Of a stretch of 64,000 bases of DNA, positions 36,157 through 49,400 are shown piece after piece (the first letter of the stretch is position 1; every line of letters begins with the position of its first letter). The DNA lies in the NCBI GenBank assembly GCA_976551045.1, contig CDPCPM010000169.1:3534001-3598000 (forward strand), given 5' to 3'. Under the pieces are notes generated by a model. That model saw only the letters and a program-made list of their open reading frames with translations. It was not told the DNA's origin and ran no database searches. A program made the translations under genes and the position numbers. Origin of the DNA: Glaucostegus cemiculus. Its lineage: Eukaryota.

Positions 36157-36249
36157 CGACACTTGCGGGCTGCCCCTAGCACATTCTCAGTAACGCAAAA
36201 AGACGCATTTCACTGTGTGTTTCGATGTACATGTGACAAATAAATATCT
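36157..36249 (+). mobile_element. Tail-only fragment of the Rex-tailed SINE subfamily
   Basis: cgacacttgcgggctgcccc...gcatttcactgtgtgtttcgatgtacatgtgacaaataaa matches the reverse complement of the tails at about 7305-7390 and 18565-18655. Confidence 0.8.
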
Positions 36250-39200
36250 AAAAAAAATTAACTGTATTTAATGGGTCACATAACGTGGCAAAGCCATAAT
36301 ATCACAGTTATCTACAAGCTCCTTTCCACAGGGTCTACTCCTAGGAATCTGTAAATGCTCCATATGGCAGCAGTTAGAAACCCACCATGCAATGAATTAT
36401 GAAAGCATACCTATTCCCTGCCACCCAAGCATTTCAAATTTAGGAGTTACAATCATTTCCACTGCACAAAACATATTATATGGTGCTGAGTTAGTGCTTT
36501 TATGCTAATATATCTTATCTTACTTTAAACGATTTTTTTCCACTTGGTCACTAAGTGCCAGCACCAATCTGTCTTGTCAGGTGCAGCATAACAATTAAAT
36601 TAAGGGTAAAACTCAATTTCCTTGCTTAAAAGTGCATCTAATTTCCAAACTTACAAAGGCCCTCCACTGGCCCAATATGACAGTTCTTTTTCCCATGTCC
36701 TGCTCTATCCATCATGTGGCTTCACTGAGTGAATGTGCTAATGAGTGCCAAAGAAAAACTTGCCTTTTAGCTGTGCGTCTGTGCCTAAATCCATTACTCA
36801 CAGTGCCTTTGCAACCAGCGGACTGTTGAAACTTTTACCTATCAGTCTAGGCTTTGTTCAAGCTTGGGCCTATTGGTGAAAGGCCTATGTTTAATCCATA
36901 TCCCACCCACTCCTAGCTGACAGGTTTGAAGAGGATAAATGCACATTGTGAAATGTGGTGAGATCAGTTTTTGTTTCCAAATCATCCCACAGAAAATAGC
37001 AATTAGGCACAGACAAAGTATAAGCTGATGTAAATATTTCGGTCTCCAGGAAACAAGTTTTCTTTCAGAACATTAATAGCAATCCAGTGTAAATGATATT
37101 TTTGCATTTATTTTCTGAAATAAATAAATCAAGCAAAAGACATTCTGGTTGCAAAAGGAATCTTTCATCAATTTGTTACTTTACTGAGGTAGCCTTCACA
37201 CATTGTGTCACTCCCTGGTCATGCCACCCTGTCAGATTGAGTCACTAAAAATTCCATAAGAACAATTTTTCTCCAGGCATTATTTTGAAACTGGTACCCA
37301 GTAAAGATTAGACAAATGGAAATTTCTCATATCATTGCAGAATAAAATGCTTTTGATCACAATGAGTGCAGATGTTGGTGGTAAATAAACTAAATAAATA
37401 TCTTGAAAATGCACTCTGACATAATTCCAGATTTAGAGACAAGATCAAATGATACGTTTTGTGACTTACACTATTACCTTAACTTAAGCATATATGTCAG
37501 TTCATATGCAGCTGGCTTGGTATGCAGCATACATATTTCCCAACCAAACTCTATTAAAAGGACACAATTAAGAAAACAAGGTATATAGACTGTTGATGTA
37601 ACTGAAAGGACAAGGTTCAAATATGGACAATTTAATGTGAACCGAACCTTTTTCTCTAAATGTCCAGAGAAAGTAATATCAGCACCAATGTTGCAAGTGG
37701 AGATAAATGGCTGTTTTTTCCATCTCCTGGGCACTAGAAAGCACAGCTCACCACAGTAACATGCCCCCTCCCCTAACCTGAATATGACTTTTGCCAGTCA
37801 GAATCTTTTATGAATGGGATTAGTTTTCCAAATGAGGAGAATTAAACAGTCAAAATTCTAAGCTCACTTAGCAACCTAGCAAATCAGCATATCAGAGAAA
37901 TTAAGCAAGCATTTGCATTCTTCTTGATAATATATTTACACCAATAAAGTAAAAGTCTGTTAATTGGTTATAGTTTGTGAAGCCAGTATGGTTTTCCCTT
38001 GTGAATATGACTCAAGGTGAAATAGTAAATAAATCTGAGCTACAATAGGTTATATCACAGTTGTGGAAAGTAGCATTAATGGACATCACTATTAATGGGT
38101 GGCATGGCATACACTCAGCCTAACTTGCTGCCACTACTATTCACAATCTAATAGCCTTAGTAATAGTGAAATTGGTCATCTAATACCAATATATGGCACT
38201 CAGTTTAAATATAATTTTGAACACTTCATATTGAACACAGTCTGCCTCAATTGCTTTTCTTAATCCTTTCCTTAAATTAACCGAGGTCTTGGAACTCAGG
38301 AATCCAATCTAAAATGGAAAATAAGTCTTCAAGTTAAACAGGATTTGAATTCTTATTTTTAAAAAAAATCAGACTATTTTGTTTTCCACTGTTATTTCAA
38401 AGTAGTGATTTCTTGATGTGTCTTTCATATGGTTTACTTTAAAATTTACTTTAATATGCAAAGTAGGTCCATCTTCTGCGATATAGCCAATTGTAAGATA
38501 ATTTCTAGATTGTTAATTATAATTGTGCATGAAATGTTACGTTTATTTGGAAATGTCAATATTAAAAGAGTCAATAAATCTTATTGGCAGAGGAGAAAAT
38601 CACAGGAAGGAGAGATTGAGGGAAAGAGTGATGTGGGAATCATTGTGGGTGAAACATCAAATCAAACAAGTGAAGAAGTTGCATCATTTTGGGGGGAAAT
38701 CAGAAGACTGCAAATGCAAAAGAGTGGATGGAAAGTTATCTAATCATAGGGAGTGCAAGACTGGATCCCAGAACAGTTAATCAATCACAAAGGACAAGAC
38801 ATCAAATTATAGCAGGTCAGCCCAAGAAGGTAGACAAGACTGGATTGGGGCAGTCAGTTGCTCATTGGGGGAGGGATGGGATAATATAAGTTCACTAAAG
38901 ACAAGAAATTTGATCAATAGAGAGCTGGTCAATTGCAAGGAACTAAAATTTTAGACTGCAAATGAGTCAGCAAATCATAGGGCAAGACACTGAACTGCAG
39001 GGCAAAGCATTGGATTACGCAACATTGGATTGCAGGGAAGCTGGCCAATGAAAGGAGGCAAGTTATGGATTGTGCATTTTGCTGAGTGCAGGGAGCTGGA
39101 CACCAAAACACAGGTGGTGATGGGGCAATCCACTAATATGCAGCAGGCTAATTTATAGTCCGAAATGATACACTCTTACTCCCCATGACTCAGAAGCAGT

Positions 39201-40909
39201 GCTGGGAAAGCAACTAACTATCGGAGGTATTACTTCTAAACTTCCCATTAGCTTCCAACATCCTGGGAGACTCAACCTCCACCGTTAACTCCACATGCTT
39301 GCTCAAATTCAATTAAGTCAATGGAATTGAATGTGTGGGAGGTGAGGAAAACTGTCAGCTGATCCTCTTAGATGTATTTAAGGCTATAGAATACAGGCTA
39401 ATAATCCACTGCATGCCATCCATGGATTTTCACAGCTTTATTATGAACACACATGGATCTTCACTGAAGGATGTGCATGTACTTCCAAATATAAGGTGGT
39501 GCAAATTTTATTTAAAAATATAATGTAATAAACAAAAATATATGTGGTAGAACTATTAAATTGTACTGCTACTTAGACAAAAGGAATTTTAAACTGAGTG
39601 TCACAAGTAACATCGTAACTCTGTTACAGCTGGTGGTTTAACCTAGATATATATTACATTAGATTTTAATTTGTCATAGATCAAAAACAATGAGTATTTT
39701 GGTACTCTGCCTCTCGTAACTTCCATGACTTATTGAACTGTTTACATGCTGTATCGAATAATTACATTAAGGATTTATAGTGATATTTTTTAAGGACTCC
39801 AAGGCTTGGTGGGTCAAGTGTATCATTCAGCTGTCTATTCTGAAGGACAAATATAAGCACAGAGATATAAGCAAATAATAGTGATATAAACTATTTACCT
39901 CTCATGCTTTCTACACAGATGTATTAATGATTGATTTTACATGTAAAAACCAAAACAATCACCCTCAGTAAAACTTGGTCATTATTTGTGTTTGAAAAGC
40001 CAATAATATATTGGTCCGGAAATCAACTTTAGTCTTGCGAGTAACATTCTGGGCAGTTTAGGTGAAGTACCTTTGCTTATAGCTGTGGGAATATATATCA
40101 GTGGGAATCTAGACAAAGTTAAAATGTAACAGCTGCCAGACAAGGGTTGCTTAAAGTGGCATCATCAGAAAGTACGTGGATTCCTTCTTCGCTTGCTTGT
40201 GAAACATTGGAAATGACAACACAATATTGTGTAGAGCTCCAAATCATTTGACAGAATACAGTAAAGGATGTTTAGCCATTTTGATACTTCCCCATTTCTA
40301 TTAGCAAAAATAGTGGAATGTAAAAGAAAACACATTAAATTAATAAAACCATTTAATGTGTTTCATTTATTCATGTAATTCTGTCATCAAGCATAAAGAG
40401 GGTTCCCTCAAAATCATACACACAGAAGAAAAGACAACTTTTCTTGCAAGAAATAAATTCCAGTAGATAATGTCTGCTTTTGACAGGGGTACATTTGATC
40501 ATCAATAGTTTGGCTCCATTTGTGAATGTTTAGTATGACTACAGTGTTTTGAATAGCTGAAATTTATTCTCTAACCTAGAAGCAATGCTACCAACATCAT
40601 ATTACCTTGGGCCATGACTAGCAATGGTGGAAAGCAATGAAAATTAACAGAATTAGAAGCTTTTTTGTGAAACTTAGTTTTCCTGAGAATTGATTCTTGC
40701 TTTAGCAAACATCTGCAAGTACCTTTAAGTATGAATTGAGTAATCCATTGGTTTACAAAATGAGTGAATATCCTGCAATTATACTCTGCATAATTCAGAC
40801 AGAGAACATAGTCAAAGGTTTTACTGCCTTAAAGCAAATACGTTGTATTAACACAGAATACGAATGGCTAATATTCTGTCTAATTTACATGAAAACATAC
40901 TGATTAGGA

Positions 40910-41245
40910 TCAGGGGTAGGTTACTCAAGTCTTTTAACCTGCTCTATCATAACTGCTCTGATTGTAATCTCAATTCTGCAGTCTAGTCTAAGCACTGTAA
41001 CCTTTCACCTACTTGCTTAAAAGAAATCGATCTGTCAATGCTTGAAAATATTCAACGACTGCTTCCACCACCCTTTGAGGAAGAGAGTTCCAAAGACTCA
41101 CAACCATCTGAAAACACAAAAAATCATTTTACCGCTTCCTTCAACGTTTTAAACACTTTTGCCTAGGTCTAGATTCTCCCACAAGAGAAAACATCCTCTC
41201 CTCCTCCACCCAGTCAAGACCCCTTAGGATCTTTCATGTTTCAAT
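40910..41245 (-). mobile_element. CR1 LINE 3' end
   Basis: ctttgaggaagagagttccaaagactcacaacc (VVSLWNSLP on the minus strand) and ttctcccacaagagaaaacatcct (RMFSLVGES). Confidence 0.7.
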
Positions 41246-41574
41246 TTAGGAGCTGCTAGCTTAGAGATAGATAACACTACAATGAACACAGAGCTGACTG
41301 AGTCAATTAAAAGTAAATGGATGGATTACTGAACAAACAAAATATAGATCAAGTTCTCCTGCTGTTTGACAGAGATCAGCTGTGTCATTTGGAATGCTAA
41401 AACCCAGTTTAATATGTAGGCTCTGGTAAATTAGCTGACCTTGGGTGGTGTGATGGTAGGGGTTTTGCAATTGGGCTCAGTGCCTCTTGGCCCAGTCGCA
41501 AAAGAATATAGGTAGGTTTACTATTTCTAATGATATGTTCATGATATGTTATATACAGGATCCCAGTGTTATGG

Positions 41575-41680
41575 GGTGGGGGGGCAGTGGTTGGGGGAGA
41601 GAGAGGGAGGGAGGGAGGGAGGTGGAGATGAGAAGGAGAGAGTGAGGGAGACGGCGGGGGAGAGGGAGGGAGGCGGTGGA
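41575..41680. repeat. Purine (G/A)-rich low-complexity tract
   Basis: GGGA and GA repeats are directly visible. Confidence 0.8.
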
Positions 41681-42027
41681 ATTGCGTTCCTGAAAATAGC
41701 TTATATTGTGCTGATCCATAACACAGTCATAACATTTGCAAATGCATCAAGAAATGCAAGTTGAAAAAATATTTTGTTTTTATTTACAATTTTTAACATA
41801 ATTTGTGTGAAAGTGTATTTTAAACGGTATTCACTGGACTAAGGATATTACCTGAGGGCAATTTCACTCTTCAGTCTAATAATTTCCACTTTTTGAATGA
41901 CATTCATTGCCAAGGTTCACGTGGATAGTTTCAGAGGGTAGCTTGCATGCATGAAAACATACCTTTGCAAAAAGACAATGCTTCACGAAGACTAAAGCGA
42001 GAAAATTAACAAGGTGAGAAGAATAGT

Positions 42028-42293
42028 TATTTTATTTTTTAAAATTATTTTTATTTCTTTACAGTGTGGTAACAGGCCCTTTCGGCCCAACTAGTCCATA
42101 CCGCCCATTTTAAACCCGCAAATTAACCTACCCGTACGTCTTTTAGAATGTGGGAGGAAACCGGAGCACCCGGAGGAAACCCACGCAGACACAGGAGAAC
42201 GTACAAACTCCTTACAGTCAGCGACGGGAGTCAAACCCTGATCGCAGGCGCTGTAACAGCGTCGCGCTAACCGCTACGCTATCGTGCCGCTCC
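42028..42293 (-). mobile_element. Young full-length V-SINE (HE1-like), CR1-type tail, 6-bp TSD
   Basis: Near reverse complement of 34591-34848. AATAGT occurs at 42022-42027 and 42294-42299. Confidence 0.9.
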
Positions 42294-42429
42294 AATAGTC
42301 AATGGATGAATCTAGAAAATCTTGAAACATTTTCTATGAACCTTGCATCTGGACATAATCAAGACAAGATAGGATCAACCAATTTTCTGCTGTCATTATT
42401 TAATCCCATCCTAACCACAATGGTGTTTT

Positions 42430-43010
42430 AATTCAAGAAATTAAAATCATCTTGGAATTAGAAAGTAAATATCAGTTATGGTTACCATAAAACTAACTGA
42501 TCACGATTACTTTGGATAAGAAAAATGAAGAGAATTTGTTCCCACTAGTGCTTGGTTCAAGAGACATAAACCTAAAATGATGGGTAGAAGATACTGGTGT
42601 GGAGAATTGGGGAAAAAGTCTTATGTGGAGACTTGTTCAGGTTTGGAACTCACAACCCATAAAGGTGGTAGAAACAGAACCAAACAGGACTTTCAAAAGG
42701 GAAAAAGCAGTGGAGGGAATATGTGCAGGGCTCTGGGGAAAAAGAAGGGAGATGTGATTGATGAAATATTTTGCAAAGAGCTGGCATGGATTCAATGGTC
42801 TTTTAACCTCCTTATGTTCCACTGTAATTCTATGGATTACTGTATAAACCCATCTGATTCACTAACATTCTTCAGGGAAAGAAATCTGCTGCCCTTGCAT
42901 AGTTTGGTCTTGATGTAACTCTAAAACACAACAAGGTAGCTGATTTTTAATAGCTATTCAACAACAATTAGAAATGGGCATTACCCCTAGATGGTGACAC
43001 CCATATTTTG
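42430..43010 (+). mobile_element. Old SINE (core catctgattcactaacattcttcagggaaagaaatctgc) interrupted by a CR1 3' fragment (about 42520-42830)
   Basis: The core is shared with 45680-45755. Its tail caattagaaatgggca resembles the LINE tail at about 22500-22525. The insert has CR1-like tggaactcacaacccataaaggtggtagaa. Confidence 0.55.
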
Positions 43011-45489
43011 TAAATATATTGACCCAAAATTGCAATTTGTAGGCTCGTAAGTATTCATGTTAGTTTAGTGATAGAGGAAACTTTATCATTACCATCAGGT
43101 TGATTGCCTTCCCACACAGAAACTTCCAACATAGGTAGGATGATCTACTTGACAGCTTACATTGCTCTATTATGGGATGAAGTAGAATACCCTTAGTCCT
43201 ACATAGAGGGTACAGTTGCATTTCAAAGGGGTTGAGAAGTTGACATTGAGATGGAATAAACATTTTAGTTGAATTGCCTGAGATTGCATGTCCATAGTCT
43301 AAAACCCTGCTCTTTCTTCCCTGGGATCAAAATCTAAACTAGACTTAAAGGAAAAAGGCCCCTTGTTTTCAACAGCTGATAAGAATCCTAAATCAAGTAA
43401 TATCTTTTCACCTCCATTCATTTCATGGAATGTGAATGCATGGCACAATGTTACCCTTAATTGGGCCCTTGATAGGACCTACGTAGACCAATTTAGGCCA
43501 GCTGTTTATACAGAAAAGCCCTGAAGGTGATACTGAGTCTTTCTGAAGTGGATTCCTAGCAGACCATTGATGATTGTACTCATGCCAGGACTTACTGCGT
43601 GGAAATTTTGGGCTTTTGTGCCATCAGATCCAAATCAAACTGATTTAAAAAAAGGATGCACCACCTTCAGTATAAAATGGAACTGCTCAGGGTCATTAAG
43701 AATGATTGCTATGGATACAGAAAACTGACTAGAATCAGGATCATTCCTGAGAGCAGTGTGTGTGGACATACAATTAATACTAACTGTTTGCACCATTATG
43801 AGAACGGGGAAAGTGTGTTGCTATACTGAAGAAGAATGCACAAAGCTCCATTTTGTTGCCTCTGCTAGCAATTACAAGTAACATTTCCCGGAGTTAGCTC
43901 GAACATTAGATAATTAACTGGTTTAGAAGACTTCAAGTTCTTTAGAAATTAACTGCAAAACTTGAATGGTGGCTGTAATTTTGTTTTAGTGAATGGAGAA
44001 TTAACAGTGCTCTTGATACTAGCATGGAGCTATTTGAATTCAATGGATTTGACAGTGGTGAAGTGGATTTTGGCATTTTTTTGGAATGCAAGCTATTTCA
44101 TGCACAATCACTAGGTCATGATAATACTTGATGTTTTTCTTCTTCATCTTCATCTACAAAGAGCATGGCATAGAATAGAGAGAGCAAAATCTACCATAGC
44201 ATTATACTGTTCTTGTGCTTGGTTCCTTTTCAATCACATATCACTCAAGAAAATACCTATCTTCTTGTAGACTTTCCAATACTGGGAATCAAAACATTGA
44301 ATTTCCTATAAGATATATGATTAGTTTTACACCCCACCCAATTTTTCCACAAAGCACGATATTTACAAAAAATGCAATACTCTTAGTTGAAAGGCAATGT
44401 ACTTCTTCAAGCTCCTATACTTCTTTAAGAATTATTTCCACTTGTTTTCGCAACTGTTGATCTGAAAGTTGGTTATGGATTTCCACCTTTATCAATAGTA
44501 GGCTGAAACATCTTGGATAATAGTGAAAGTGAAATAGAACAGGACAGAAACACGGATGCCATTGATGTTTGCTGGATTTATTAAATGAGTTCAGTCAGTA
44601 GTGCAATCCTATAGCCCAGAATAGAGATTTAGGTCTTGGGTACATCTTATTGGTGAACTGTGTGGAAAACAAATGGTTCAAGTTGTTCACAATAGTCTCT
44701 GTTGAGAAATGCCAATATTCAACCAGTAAACATTTCCACTCATTCCTTGACCAAACATTTTAGTTATTTTTTGTTGCTTTGTTGTAGTTCTGCTCTTTGC
44801 CTCGCCAAAGACATATAAGTGAAAAGTTGAAGTATTAAATAGAATTATTTTCTGATGAAGTCCTGCAGGCTTGTACATCAGTGTTTTTGTGAAGACAACC
44901 CTATAGATTCATTTGAACTGGACGCTGTTGGTTTCAGCAACACTTATGTGCAGTACACAAAAAGCCTGTCTTTCTATACAACAGAAGAATGAAGATGTAC
45001 CAAAATGCCAATTCAGCCAATCTAGCTCTGTCTATGACCCTCATTCTTAAGAAGATTAACCATGTTTATTACTTGCCACTTGCATAAGAAGTCTGCATTG
45101 GGGAAATTACAATATTACACAAACTCATATTATTCCACAAGGAATTCAAGTTGTTCCATGTTTACCTGGAATTTACACGCATTAACTCATTGACTAGGAA
45201 ACGTACAGACCTGAATGTAAAAATTTGGAGAGGATAAAGGTTTCATAATTTATTTATGAGAAGTTGCAAGATATCAGTGTGAAATACATGTTCAAGAATT
45301 ATAAAATCCAAAAGAAAAAAATTCTTTAAATTTCTATATATGATCTGGTTATCAAGCAAAGCATTTTCATGTTAAAAGGTATAAATGAATCAACAGATTT
45401 GTTTAAAAGACAGTTTGTAGTCTCCAATGAGAGACGTATGCTTTATTTACATGGTTCATCAGTTACATCTGGCACAGGAAATGGAGCGA

Positions 45490-46450
45490 GCAGAGCAGTT
45501 AAATTACCAGACTAGTAACGTAGATGTCTGGACTAACAATCAAGAGATACGAATACTGTCATGACAGCTCTGGAATTAAAATTCAGTTGATAATATGGAA
45601 TGCTTTTAAAAGAAAAACAACTAGTCTTAATAATCATAACCACAAAACCATCCGATTATCTGATTATTATTAAAACACATCTGGTTCATTAATGTCCTCC
45701 AGGGGAGGAAATCTGTTACCCTTACCTAGTCTGGCTGATGTACAACTCCAAACCCATTGCTCACAGACATCTAGGAAAAGTATCCAAGTTGGGAGGGTGT
45801 TCTACACATTAGTCAAGCAACAGCCTAACATAGTTGCCATCACAAAATCAGACTTAACAATGTGCCAGACTCCTCCTACACAATCACAGATTACTTCCTG
45901 TCCCATCAGCAGAACAAATTCATTAGAGGCAAAGGCACAGAGGTGCACAGACAGAAGGGAGCAGCCTTGGAAGTTCTCAACATTGACTCTAGACTCCATG
46001 AAATCTCATGGCATCATATCAAGTATGGGCAAGAAAACCTCCTTCTGATTACCACTTGTAATTCTCTCTCAGACAATGAATTAATGCACCTCTATGCTGA
46101 AAAACACTTCGAAAATGCACTGAAGGGAGAAAAGGCATAGAGTGTACTGTGGATGGGGACTTCAAAGTCCACCACCAAGATTGGATTTGTATTATTAATT
46201 CTGTCTTAGCTGCAGAGTCCTGAAGGGAATAACTGCCAGACTAAGTATGTGGCAAGTAGCAAAGCAACATGGGGGTAACCCTATATCACCTTGTCTTCAC
46301 CAATCTACATGTGGTAGATGCAACCATCCAGGACACCATTGGTAAACGTGATCACTATGAAGTCCAAGGATAACTTCCATTATATTGAATAGGATAGTCC
46401 GTGAGATCCTAGGATCATTAGCATTTAAACGTTAGGATTCATTAACACAT
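45490..46450 (+). mobile_element. Old SINE head/core (about 45490-45755) directly followed by a LINE APE-endonuclease remnant (about 45780-46450)
   Basis: Core catctggttcattaatgtcctccaggggaggaaatctg. APE motifs LVKQQPNIVAITKS, LSHQQNKFIRGKGT, HEISW and a WMG-DFKVHHQDW-like segment. Confidence 0.65.
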
Positions 46451-49400
46451 TCATCACAATCTGTAAGGTATAGTCATTCCTTAAAAGCTATTTTGCCTAA
46501 TTGATGACATCAATGTCAAGCAATTTGCCTCACTGAATGTTGTCCTTGGGTAAGCCCAAGGTGCATGAATGGGTGTACGCTTTGGAATGGAAGGGGCTGA
46601 TTACAACACCTGTGGAGCCAGTGTACCACCATTACGTAAAACTTAATGGGATGGGTTTTCTCAACCTACTTTCATTTATGTAACAGGGAGCCACTGAACA
46701 TTTCTGACTGGGGTGAACTGTGTTCCTCATCAAATAATTTCAAGATGGAACCAACAACAGGTATTAGGCCGCCTGATTTATATATTTAGGATGTTTAATA
46801 CTTAGAATGCCTAAACAAATGGCCTTAAAGTATTCAGCTCCATGACGAGAGAAAATTGGAAATCAGAGGTCTAACTGTAGAATTATTGTAGTTTCTGACC
46901 AAAAAATAGATGGAGGGCAAATCACCATTAACCCCAGCATTATTCTTTTTTTGAAATATAATTATCTTTATGTAGCTGTTACTATATAAGCTCTTCTTGT
47001 ACTGGATTCCTGTTTGTAGAACCAGGTAAAGCTTAAAACACCACCGGCTTTGTTTCTTGTACTAATCACCTGTTTATGTGGCATTTTATTCTTCAGTTAC
47101 AGCAATATTTTGGATCTTAAACTATCCAGCTAAATAAGATGGGTGGTTTCTGAAACTTGCTGCAGCTGTGTCACAATGGAAGACATTCAGGCTTTTAACT
47201 GTGTTCTACTTTTACAATTATCAGAAACCACAAAAGTGAAATAAATAACTTCCAGCTCGCTGAACACAAATAGGAATTTATCTCATCACTCTTAAAGTGC
47301 TTACGGGCAGCAAAATCTGGGCAAGAGCGTGCAGTAAATATTCCATTGTGCTCACTTCTCCTAAAATCAATCATTGTTTATAACATTTAAACAATGGAAG
47401 CGACTATCACAGCCAAGCAATTGTAAGTAAGATATCTTGGAAAAGCTTTTGATCCTTTTCAATGGGAATGTTTCCTTACTTTCAGACGGTTTGCCTGTAC
47501 ATACAGTAATTGGTTAAAACCACATGTCAGCAATTGTGTTAAATACACATTTACTTTGAGTAGTTCAGAAAATCTTACCCCAACAACAATCCTTATTTTT
47601 TGCCAAAATATATATAAAATTTGAAACCTGAGCAACAAATGCAAACTGCAATTGAGAATGCAAGAAATCTTTCGTGAACAATAGTGGCCAAAGATTTTTT
47701 ATTGGAAATGTGAACTGCTGTTTTCTTATATTTCAGCTGGACACTTAAGTGGATGAATTCCACAATTAGAGGTGGAATGTTTTATTATTCTTACTCAGCT
47801 CCCTAATAAAATTCTTAACCAATATTAACTTATCTGCAAACAGATGGACTTTGGTTATATCCATGGTATAGCCAAAGTACATATTTTATAGCTAGGACAA
47901 GCTGAAGAAAAAACTATTTTGTGAAAGGCATATATTGTACAAACGCAACTATCTACAATGTGGACCAAAGTTGCAAAGACATACCTTCTTAAGGGAACCT
48001 ATTAAACTACAGAAACCATAACACTAAAATAAATAAATGCATGAGTATTAAAAAGATCCTGTCACTACCCTCAGAAAGGACAATTAAAACTGTTTTATTT
48101 CATTTCTAATGAATGTATCACCATTGATACTGTCTAAGCAGTTTACTTTGCAAACTGATTGCCTGCAGCATGCATTTTTAGACAGATTAAATGATTTTAA
48201 ACATATTTTCTTCCGTGCTTAAAAAAATGGCAAGCATTACATTAATGCGTTGGTTAGCTTATTGTTGGTGTTGTATGATAAATTATTGCAATTGCCACAG
48301 AGTAATGTGATCGGGAAAGAGGAAAAAATACATAAAATAAAATCTGAAACTTTACCAACATTCCTAAATTCAAATATGAGTCTGTCACATGCCAGGCAAA
48401 TATACATCCTTGGAATCCAACAACTATCCGGACAGAGTAATTTCAACAAATAGGAAGAACTAGTAACTAAAACACAAAAATGGACTGTGGGCTTCTTGAT
48501 CATACTTTACAGTGAGTCTCAGCTATTCTGTCTGCCCCTTTACTGAGGTAATGAATGAAGAGAACATTCTGCATAGAGTAAAGAGAAAATGTAACATATC
48601 ACCCAGTATTAGGTAAAAATGCTGGCTGTTTGACCTTCTCAAGGTTAAATTCTAAAAGCATTGTGCGAATAGTAGCTGGAGGCAAAGTATTATGAAGGGA
48701 GGAAAAAAAACTGCTCGTCATTAATACTGTTACAGTACGCATGGGGAAAATAAGTTTTAAAACAAGGGATTTGGGTCGCCAAAATTATCTGATTCTGTCA
48801 TCTAATGAAAACCTTCAAAACGTTAACGTCTTGTCCCAATTTGCAGTTACACAATCCACCTATTGTGTAAAATAGATGAGGAAGGTGATTTAACATTGTT
48901 TTTGTCTGGATTATGTAACCTACAAAATCTAGTTCATTCTGGCAAATTACTCCTAACAATTGTGTTATTAAAAAGCTTATACAAAACTATCTGCAGCTTC
49001 GCAGCAGGTTGTGGCAATAGCACACATGCACTCTGTGACTCTAATAAAATTCCAGCAATTATTTTGTCTTGATTTTGTATGCATTACTGAAGCATAACAG
49101 CAGAGTTATAGCCTCCAGGTAATCATGTGTTCCAGTGAAGCTCTCCTCAGTGTTGAAACTTCAAAAGCTAAATTAACTTTGACACAACTGTATAATTCTG
49201 CCTTGGTCACCTACATCTCAGACTACTGGAACTGATTTCCAGCTTGTTCATTGCAAAACTGCATTTTATAAGTCTAACACTCCCCATGACAGAAGTCAAA
49301 ACAGAAATCTTATACCTTCATAGTCAATACATGGAATATAATACGTTTATTACTGTAGCTTTAAAACGTCAGTTATTCGGTTCTTTGCCAAATTCCAGAC

